Source: Vicugna vicugna
Taxonomy: Eukaryota
Direction: 5' to 3'
NCBI GenBank assembly: GCA_013265495.1
Contig: MU060965.1
Location: 620,001 to 684,000, forward strand
Length of the DNA stretch: 64,000 bases
The position numbers and the translations under genes were made by a program. The stretch's first letter is position 1; every line of letters starts with the position of its first letter. Under the pieces are notes generated by a model, which was given only the letters and a program-made list of their open reading frames with translations, did no database searches and was not told the DNA's origin. Below are positions 54,685 through 64,000 of this stretch, piece after piece.

Positions 54685-56179
54685 ATCCCGGAAGATCAAG
54701 GGCGGAGGGGAAACAGGTCGCCGGCACGAGGGGACTACTCGCTGGCCGCCGAGACCAAGTGGTCCCAGCGAAGGCGTTTCTCCCCAGGCAGCGATGAAGC
54801 TTATTTAGTCGAGATGGTGAAAAGCACAGAAGAGGGCACAGCCAGGAGCAGCCTGACAGGTGCAGTTGGAGCCTTCGCCGGATTGAAGCCCCTTCCACCC
54901 TACATCTGCCACATCCTTTCCCGCGTCTTCGATCGGGGGGCACATTTTCTCAAGACTTAAAACCCACTGGAGTAAAGACACAGTGAAGTCAGCTCGAGTC
55001 CCAGTGGGGTCCAGCGAGCGAGATGAAGTTACTTCCTATTGTAACCCTTGTTTTCCATAATGATGACTCTGAAACCCTTGAGGTTTAAACTGAAAGCAAC
55101 TTTCTGCTTGTTCTTGGAAACCAAGACTTTCTTTCTGTCTCTCCTCCCGGAATATTTTGCAAAGTCACAGGCAGAAAACACACAAACAAGCAAAACCAAA
55201 ACATAGCAGGCCACTCTCGCGAAGGAAGCAGGCAGCGAGCCCCACACCGCAGGGAGGGGGCCTGCACACCCCGCCCACGGGAACCCTGTTCCCGGGTCCC
55301 CGCCCCCAACGTGAAGATGAAAGGCACAGCCAGCCACCCCCTGCCCAGGGGCGCGCTTGGCTTGGTGGGCTCCACGCCCTGAGTCTGCACCTGTTTCTCC
55401 TCGCCTTCCTTCCTGGAGGGAGAGTAAGATTGCACGGCTGGTGATTCTCTGAGGTCACGGCTTTGAAGGTGGGGTTCGCAAGTATTTAAGTGGTAAATTC
55501 GGGAAATGGATGCTGCTGAGTCCTACAGAGAGAGTTAACAATTTAACAGCTAAGTCATCCACACCTGTGTCTCAGCTAGTTGCCAGACACTCCCTTGTCA
55601 GTAGGCGACTCAAATGCCCAGTGACTCAAAAGTCGACTGCAGATGCCAAGGCACTTAATGCAGAATATTGATCATGTTAATATCCCTGCTTGTTGTGCTT
55701 AAGAAGTCCTGGTTTCAAAAAATCCGGGTGGGGAGAAAAATTCTTTAGTTGGCTTTTACGCCGGACCTTTAATTAATCAGAGACACTTCTGATATTTCCT
55801 AGGGCTTCTAAACTGGCAGCCGGTGGGCATATTTCAAGAAGCGTGAGAACTCGTAGAAACTGTTTGCAATTACTTTCTGCATTATTTGTGTGTATTTGAG
55901 GAATGAGGCAGTTCTCAGAGTTCGGTCCTGGCCCCTCTGTGTGCCTCTGGGAGGGTTTGCACTGGGTGAGAACCCAGCTGCCTGGGCGTCAGCACGGTCC
56001 TGGCTGGACGGAGCCTTCAGGTCCCCTAACCTGTTGGCCTGGACCTCAGTCCCCTTCGCTGTAGTTCCCATTCACCCCTTTACTGAGCTGGTGTCCCAGC
56101 AACACAGCACTTCCCATTTGGTAGAGAGCTGGTTTAAGAAAATGTATTCACGTACACCCGCTCGTAACTGAGCTGAGGT

Positions 56180-57200
56180 CACCAGTTTGCGATATTACTT
56201 CTTTTCTAACATACGCGTTTAGTGCTATAAATTTCTCTTAAAGCAGTACTTTGGTGGCATCTGACACACTTTGAATCCTGTATTTAATTTAGTCATTTTC
56301 CTCTATTTCAAAATACTTCCTCATGTTCCTTTCGCTGTCTCCTTTGACCTGCGGGTTATTTACAACTGTGTTAGTTTCCAACGATTTGGGGAGTTTCCAA
56401 ATATTTTAGAATGTTATAATTTACAGTTCAGTTTCATTGTGGAAAGAGAACATACTGTGTATGACTTGTATCCTTTTTGCCCTTTCAAAGTTGTTTTGTG
56501 GCCAGAATATGGTCCATCTTATTGGATGGAATGTTCTAGAAATGTCCATTAGGTCAAGGGAGAAGACAGTGTTGCTCAAACCCACTGTCCTTGCTGAGGT
56601 CCTGCCCACTGGTTCTGCCAGTTTCTGAGGATGGAGTATTGAAATTCTCCAGTTACAATTATTGTATTACATAACTATGTCTCTTTCTCATTACAGTTCT
56701 GCTGAGTTTTGTTTTATGTATTTTTAAGTTTTTTAAAAAGTTTGTTGTATAAATGCTTAGGATTGCCATGTCTTGAATAACTGACCCCTTTACCATAATA
56801 AGATGCCCTGTTGTTTGCCTTGAAGTCCGTTTGTCTGGTTATGAATACAGCCATGCTGGTTTTCTTTTGATCAGTGTTCTCATGATACACCTCTTCCCAT
56901 TGTTTTGCATTTACTCTGTTTGACTCTTTATATTTAGGGTGGGTTCCTGGGGGAGAGGGCATCGCTCAGTGGTAGAGCGCGTGCCCAGCAGGCGTGCGGA
57001 CCAGGGTTCAATCCTCAGTACCTCCATTTAATAAATAGGTAAATACATAAATATTACCTCCCGCCCTAAAAAAAATTAAGTGGGCCTTTTGTAGGTAGCA
57101 GGGTCTTCCTTTTTAAAAATCCCCTATGACAACATCTGCCTTTGAATTGGGATGTTTAGACCATTTCGTTTAATATGACCATTGATATGCTTGGGTCTAA
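56180..57200 (-). mobile_element. L1M ORF2 (endonuclease-region) fragment interrupted by a SINE
   Basis: T-rich; minus peptides KESNRVNAKQWEEVYHENTDQKKTSMAVFITRQTDFK resemble L1 ORF2 EN region. Confidence 0.8.
56949..57075 (+). mobile_element. tRNA-Ala-derived SINE (camelid Vic-1 type)
   Basis: A box TCGCTCAGTGG (56962-56972), B box GGTTCAATCC (57005-57014), tRNA-Ala-like body, AATAAATAGGTAAATACATAAAT tail, polyA, degenerate TSD ttagggtgggttcct / ttaagtgggccttt. Confidence 0.85.
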
Positions 57201-60200
57201 ACCTACCACCTATTTGTCCCACTGGTGTTTCTCTCCTGTTCTCCTTCTGCCTTATTCCGGATCCACTGACTGTTGTGGGGATTTTATTTCCATCACTGTT
57301 CGTTGTTAGTTCGGCGCTGCTCCCCTCCGAGCCCAGACGCCATTGGCCTCCCCCACGTAGCGTGGCCTCTGGCAGTCCCTTTCCTCCACCCCCAGTTTCC
57401 TTTTCTGCAATGTTGCACAACACGGGTCCTGACTCTCGGTGTGTGTGACAATGAGATGAAACGGGGAGGGGGCTTCCTTGACACACACAGATGGAGCCGT
57501 GGCTGAGACCCCCTACCGGTCCTGAGGCAGCCGCTCAGCCTCCATCCCATGCCCTGCTGGTCTGAGAGAAGGGGCAATGGTCTCTTCATTGGGTGTGTCT
57601 GTTGCTGGAGGGGCTGCTCCCAACCAGGTATCAGTTCACCCAAAACCACTCCCACCCTCAGGTCTAGCACAAGAAGACAGCTACGCCAGGGGAATCGCTT
57701 GTCAGGGGAACCTCGTGGGGGGCGGGAGTCATGGCAAGGCCGTGGCTGGCGGATGACAGTGCCGTCCCTGGGGCGGGTCCTGCTCCGAGACTGGGACAGC
57801 CACATAGTGGGGAAGCACACGGATGCTTTGCCCAGTCCAACCGAGGGCCTGTGTTTGGACTCAGCAGGAGCCCTGTGCCATCGCCTGGGGGTGATTGCTG
57901 CAAGGCCTGGGAATTTCAGGGGTGCATCTGTCAGGGAACCCTGAGTTGGACCCCTGAGAGGAGCAGGCCTGCACTGACCTCTGGGCTCTAGCAATGTCAG
58001 CGCTCCCTGGGGCTTGCTCTGCAGCAGTTAACGTGTCCTTCAGGGGCCACAGGGCTGCTGCCGCAGCTCCAGGCTGATCCTCACAGCCCGAGGACACCGT
58101 GAGTGGCTCTGCAGGGCTCCTGCTGCAGTTCCAGGGCTGCGTCTGGTTGGCCTCATGCGGGTGGTGCTCCCACTGTGGACTGGGGCAGCGTGTGTGCCCG
58201 TCCCTGGCCAGACCTGCGTGACCACCGGCCCTGCAGGTGGGCAGGGCTCCAGCAGGGAAAGTTGCTGGGCAGACAAAATGCCACACATGCCCTTGTCAGA
58301 AGAGCTTTCTGTACTGGAGGTGGAGATACATGCGATACAATACCAAAGTTTTACATTTTTAGAATTGTCGGAACAGTAACTATTTTTCAGAACATTTTCC
58401 CCTCCTCTGACTGATAAAACATTTGTTAGAAAAATACATAAGCTGGCTTAGGCTGTATTCTAAAGATGTGACACCTTGATGCGACCTTCTGATGCAATCA
58501 CAGTTGAAGGAATCTTCCTGCCCTGGCACCGGCACCGGGGGCAGCCTCGGGGCCAAGGGGTGTGCAGAGCAGGGGGTCAGTGTCAGCTCCCTCATTGCCC
58601 ACACGACCCAGCTGGACTTTCCACTTCATTATTGTGACAAAGATCTGTCTTTTGCAAAGCCTGATAGAAAGTGTCCTTTTGTACCCATTTGGCCTCCCAA
58701 GTAAATCTGGTTAGCTAAGTAGTTCTGAACATACCTCAAGTGAATTTTAAGTCGAAGCAAAGTAACCAAGAAAGAGCTGTTCCAAGGTCCTTATCAGCCT
58801 GGCTCTCGGGAGACCCGGGAGGGTGAGCTGTGGCTTCTCCGTGGTGTGCGTGTGCGCAGCTTGACAGGGAGGGCCTGGGCTGCGGCAGGGCGGCCAGGCA
58901 GGTGGCGGGCCCATGGAGTCGAGGCACAGGGATGCAGGGAGGTGACAGCAGGTGTGCGGCAGCAAATAGTTGACGCCCTACAGCAGCCCGCAGAGCCGGC
59001 GGGTGACCAGCCTCGTTGAGTCCCGGGCATGAGTGGGTGCCCCAGGAACCCCTCCCCAACTGGGGGCTCCCCCTCTCAGTATCCCACGTTCTGTTCTTGT
59101 GGCTTCCAGTGTTTCAGTGTGACACTGCCCATCTGTTCAGTTGCCATTTGCTGGAACACTGAGATTTCCAGGACTTCCCAGTGTGCAGTGTGCCGTGTGC
59201 CTCCCAGTGCTGGAGGGCGGTGCGGCCCTAGGTTGTGAGACGCGTGGTTGTCAAACCTCTCCTTCCTGCCCCAAGTCCCCAGGCAGGCTTGCGATCCGGG
59301 TTTTATCCCTCTTGTCTCTGCCTGGGGAGGGGTCCCCGTGACAGTGATACTCGCCCCTAGGGCTGGGCTGTTGGCCCGGGTCCAGTGCCCTCAGCTGTCT
59401 GCCCGCTCTGCCTGGGAGAGGCCACCACGCTGCTCTTTCACATGCGTGCAGGCGGACACACTTCCTGCCGCTGACCTGGGCTTCGCCTCGGCTACGGGGC
59501 GAGGCAGCCGGAGGGTGGGATCCTTCTCCCCTGACAGAGGAGGGGCAGGACGAGGTGGCCCCGGCCCGCAGAGCAGAGCCGGCCCTGGGCACTGCTGTGC
59601 CCGGGCTCCTGACCCAGGACACCCTGCTCACGGGGCTGTGCCCTGGCGGCTTTCTCTGGTCTCTAACATTTTATTCCTCCTCCTTGTGGCCTCATGCGGA
59701 GCCTGGGCACTCTGGGTGCCGTCTCCCTGGGAGGCCAGTGGGGACCGGGGACAAGCCCCTGGTTGGTCAGCGGCCCTGGGGACCTGTGTGTGATGAGGGC
59801 GGTCCCAGCGCCAGGCGTGCTGTGGAGACCCTGCAGCTCTGCAGCCCCCCACCCTTTGGTGATGGGGGCCCGTTTTCAGGGAACCCAAGCAGCTGGGCTG
59901 GTGGGACCTGGGGTCCGAGCCTCTTCCCCCTCCCCCTCTGATGAGCTGACAGACCCGGGCTGGCCTGCTCCTCCCGCGGCATACCGGTCGGTCCTCCTTC
60001 GGGCGTGGGTCTGGGGCCGGGCAGCTGGGAGGGGGAGAGTTGGCATCTTGGTCGGATCTGCCTGTCGAGGCTGGTTTAAAACAAAGTAACATGTGAGGAG
60101 GAGGTGGTCTAGGGACCAGTGGACTTGGATTTCTCATACGCCCACCTGCGATGGCTGAACCCTGATTATGAAGGGGGCGAAACGTAAACAATGTGTCATC

Positions 60201-60498
60201 TCCTGGACGTGCTGGTCTGAGCCCTGACTTTTAGATAAACGGGTGAGCTTTGCTTTAGTTAATGAAAAGCAACCTGGTTCACGAGGCTCAGGGCGTCTGG
60301 AAACATCCCTTTGGAGAGCACCCAGGACGTTCAGAGCAGCCGCAGCGCCTTTGGAGCTGACCTGGCTACTTCAGTACACACAGAGTTGGTTTCTAACCTT
60401 CAAGGCCAGGCCTGGTGAGCAGTGTTGGTCATGGTGCCCACGGGAGAGCTGCGACACTGTCTCAGCACAGCCCACCGAGCTCTGGTCCTTAAGAAGGT

Positions 60499-60860
60499 GG
60501 TGTCAGTGTCCTGGAGCCACTGCAACAAAGGACCATGAACTGGGGTTTCAAAAAACAGATCTGTCCTCCCAGTTCTGGAGGCACATGTCCCACCCCTTGG
60601 GGGGGGGGTCCTTTCTGCCTCTTCTGGCTCCTGGTTTTTCCGGCATCCTTGGCTGCCAGGCACTGAGCTTCAGTCTCTGCCACAGTGTCCAGTGTGTGGA
60701 CCTGTGTTCTTCCTCTCTTGTAAAGACACCAGTCGTGTTTGACCAGGGCCCCCCGACTCCAGGGGGACCTTATTCCTAACTAGTCACGTCTCCCGTGACC
60801 CTGCTTCCAGCAGGTCACAAGCTGAGACAGCGGGGGTCGGACTTCAGCATATGAACTTGG
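60499..60860 (-). mobile_element. MLT1 (MaLR) solo LTR
   Basis: gtgtcctggagccactgcaacaaaggaccatgaactgg...cccagttctggaggc...cttgtaaagacaccagtc...gacttcagcatatgaactt. Confidence 0.8.
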
Positions 60861-61698
60861 GTGCGTTTTCCGAGGCCGGGAGAGCTGGTGGACCGTCTCT
60901 CCTGCAGGCTCCTGCCCTGAGCTGCCTTAGGTGATGGTTTTCTCTTCTGTCTGAGGGTGGGACAAAGTGTAGTTTTGAGCATTTCACAACCTGACTCCCA
61001 CACAGAGACGGAAGGAACAAGCGTCAGATATTTACTAACTCATTGGTGAGGGGACCTGAGAGTTGGTTCAAAGAATATTTTAAGGGACTGAATGTTCATG
61101 GGCGTTAACAGCGGGATGTGGACAGGGCTGCTGGTGAATGTCCTCGAGGTCACGCGGGTAGATGTGCGTGTTATGCACAGAACGTGTCCTTAAAGTGTGC
61201 GTAGGATTTGAAGCTATCTTTTCTTCTGGGAGGGGATTATCTGCCTCTTCACTGGAAAAGATCTGAGTTAACATGTAACCCGGGAGCCTGAATCTGACCT
61301 GCAAGGCACTTAGCTGGGACGGTGACGGGGGTGGCGTGGCTGTGGGGGCCTCGCCACGCGCTCTCTGGCCAAGGCTCCGGGTTTGGGGTGGACGGTAACA
61401 CCGCTCCGCCTGCTGAGGGGCCCTGTAGTGTCAGGATGCACCGGGAGGCTCCTCTCACTCAGTGCGCGTGTCACCAAGTGGCACTTCACCCACGTCCTGA
61501 CTAGTGGCCAAGCCTGGGGTTCTAGGCCCGGTTCCCTCCCCGTGAGGTTCTGCGCTTGTGCGTCTCCCGTGGTCAGCGCCCACTCAGGGCATCGGTAGCG
61601 GCACTGAGGTGCCTCCTGGGGACCGGGCGTCTTCACCAAGGGCCTGCTTGTTGGAAGTCTTTCTTTGGTGCTTAACAGAAGATGAGTGAATTCTTGTT

Positions 61699-63699
61699 TG
61701 TTTGGGTTTTTTTTAAACATTTTTATTGAGTTATAATCATTTTACAATGTTGTGTCAAATTCCAGTGTAGAGCACAATTTTTCAGTTATACATGAATACA
61801 TATTTATATTCATTGTCACATTTTTTTCTCTGTGAGCTACAAGATCTTGTATATATTTCCCTGTGCTACACAGTATAATCTTGTTTATCTATTCTACATA
61901 TGCCTGTCAGTATCTACAAATTTTGAACTCCTAGTCTATCCCTTCCCACCCACCCACTTGGCAACCACAACTTTCTATTCTGTGTCTATGAGTCTGTTTC
62001 TGTTTGGTATTTATTTATTTATTTTTTTTTTTAGATTCCACATATGAGCGATCTCATATGGTATTTTTCTTTCTCTTTCTGGCTTACTTCACTTAGAATG
62101 ACATTCTCCAGGAGCATCCATGTTGCTGCAANNNNNNNNNNNNNNNNNNNNNNNNNNNNNNNNNNNNNNNNNNNNNNNNNNNNNNNNNNNNNNNNNNNNN
62201 NNNNNNNNNNNNNNNNNNNNNNNNNNNNNNNNNNNNNNNNNNNNNNNNNNNNNNNNNNNNNNNNNNNNNNNNNNNNNNNNNNNNNNNNNNNNNNGTAGGG
62301 TTTCTTCTGGGCATATGCCCAGGAGCGGGATTCCTGGGTCATACGGTAGGTCTATTCCTAGTCTTTTGAGGAATCTCCATACTGTTTTCCACAGTGGCTG
62401 CAACAAACTGCATTCCNNNNNNNNNNNNNNNNNNNNNNNNNNNNNNNNNNNNNNNNNNNNNNNNNNNNNNNNNNNNNNNNNNNNNNNNNNNNNNNNNNNN
62501 NNNNNNNNNNNNNNNNNNNNNNNNNNNNNNNNNNNNNNNNNNNNNNNNNNNNNNNNNNNNNNNNNNNNNNNNNNNNNNNNNNNNNNNNNNNNNNGTATGT
62601 CTTCCTTGAAGAATTGCTAGTTTAGGTCTTCTGCCCATTTTTGGATTGGGTTGTTTGTTTTTTTTCTTATTAAGTTGTATGAGCTGCTTATATATTCTGG
62701 AGATCAAGCCTTTGTCAGTTTCATTTGCAAAAACTTTCTCCCATTCCGTAGGTTGTCATTATGTTTTACTTATGGTGTCCTTTGCTGTGCAGAAGCTTGT
62801 AAGTTTAATTAGGTCCCATTTGTTTATTCTTGCTTTTATTCCTATTGCTTGAGTAGACTGTTCTAGGAGAACATTTTTNNNNNNNNNNNNNNNNNNNNNN
62901 NNNNNNNNNNNNNNNNNNNNNNNNNNNNNNNNNNNNNNNNNNNNNNNNNNNNNNNNNNNNNNNNNNNNNNNNNNNNNNNNNNNNNNNNNNNNNNNNNNNN
63001 NNNNNNTGATTTACAGGCTGCTGTCCAGTTTTCTCAACACCATTTGCTGAAGAGACTGTCTTTATTCNNNNNNNNNNNNNNNNNNNNNNNNNNNNNNNNN
63101 NNNNNNNNNNNNNNNNNNNNNNNNNNNNNNNNNNNNNNNNNNNNNNNNNNNNNNNNNNNNNNNNNNNNNNNNNNNNNNNNNNNNNNNNNNNNNNNNNNNN
63201 NNNNNNNNNNNNNNNNNGAAGTCTGGGAGAGTTATTCCTCCTGCCTCTTTCTTTGTCTTCAGTAATGCTTTGGCGATTCTAGGTCTTTGATGGTTCCATA
63301 TAAATTTTATTATGATTTGTCTAGTTCTGTGAAANNNNNNNNNNNNNNNNNNNNNNNNNNNNNNNNNNNNNNNNNNNNNNNNNNNNNNNNNNNNNNNNNN
63401 NNNNNNNNNNNNNNNNNNNNNNNNNNNNNNNNNNNNNNNNNNNNNNNNNNNNNNNNNNNNNNNNNNNNTTCCTTCATCAATGGTTTATAGTTATCTGTGT
63501 ATAATTCTTTCACCTCCTTGGTTAGATTTATTCCTAGGTATTTTATTACTTTGGGTGCTATTTTAAAGGGAATTATTTCTTTACTTTCTTTTTCTGTTGA
63601 TTCATCGTTAGTGTAGAGAAATGCAACTGATTTTTTTAACGTTAATCTTGTAACCTGCTACCTTGCTGAATTCTTCGATCAGCTCTAGTAGTTTTTGTG
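61699..63699 (-). mobile_element. Young 5'-truncated L1 (about 2 kb) with perfect target-site duplication; partly N-gapped
   Basis: PolyT/3' UTR at 61699-62100, ORF2 C-terminal [30 protein letters not shown]; TSD tgagtgaattcttgtt at 61683-61698 and 63700-63715. Confidence 0.93.
62132..63468. other. Five assembly gaps or masked runs: 62132-62294, 62417-62594, 62879-63006, 63068-63217, 63335-63468
   Basis: Runs of N inside the young L1. Confidence 0.99.
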
Positions 63700-64000
63700 T
63701 GAGTGAATTCTTGTTGAAATTTCTGTTTCGGAGCCAAGAATAGACACTTAAACTACGGCACCTGTAGAACAAATTCCAGGTAAAACAAATGAATCTGGTC
63801 AAGGTCTTAGAATCCACAGTGAGAAACCCCCAGCTCTGCTACGGTATCACGTGCCGTGTGCTGCTGGAATCTCCTTGTGTTTGGTGCTCCGGGCACTGTG
63901 GACCCTGAGCTGGGCCTCCCCTGAGCTGTGCAGGCAGACGCAGGCCATGGACATGAGGCTGAGCCCGAGCCCTCTGCCCCTTTGTCCCTACCGGGCCTGA

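Noticed and set aside
56949-57030. tRNA-Ala gene
   Set aside because: Anticodon arm is degenerate and it has an AT-rich tail, polyA and TSD; it is a SINE
62031-63817. ORFs with long X runs
   Set aside because: L1 ORF2 fragments spanning N gaps, not host genes

Overview
GC-rich mammalian genomic DNA, very likely camelid (tRNA-Ala-derived Vic-1-type SINE, artiodactyl-type L1), orthologous to human subtelomeric 13q34. It holds the last six coding exons of TMEM255B (+, 400-11453) and the complete 15-exon GAS6 gene (-, 54481-21580, 672 aa, all introns GT-AG, frame intact), with the GAS6 CpG-island promoter, several ancient LTR/DNA/LINE relics, tandem repeats and a young, partly N-gapped L1. No prokaryotic-type system or CRISPR is present. 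The most interesting signals are not explained by these genes. (1) A long series of exon-sized, AT-richer islands on the + strand, many flanked by AG/GT splice signals and readable in one frame with few stops, is interleaved antisense through all of GAS6 and past its promoter. This looks like the fossil of a large lost protein-coding gene where human GAS6-AS1/GAS6-DT lie. (2) A decayed - strand ORF in TMEM255B intron 4 shows collinear resemblance to the FAM124 family. (3) The GAS6 5' leader has an ATG-TGA start-stop element plus a 19-codon uORF. All fossil-gene claims are by-eye inferences and need alignment to confirm.
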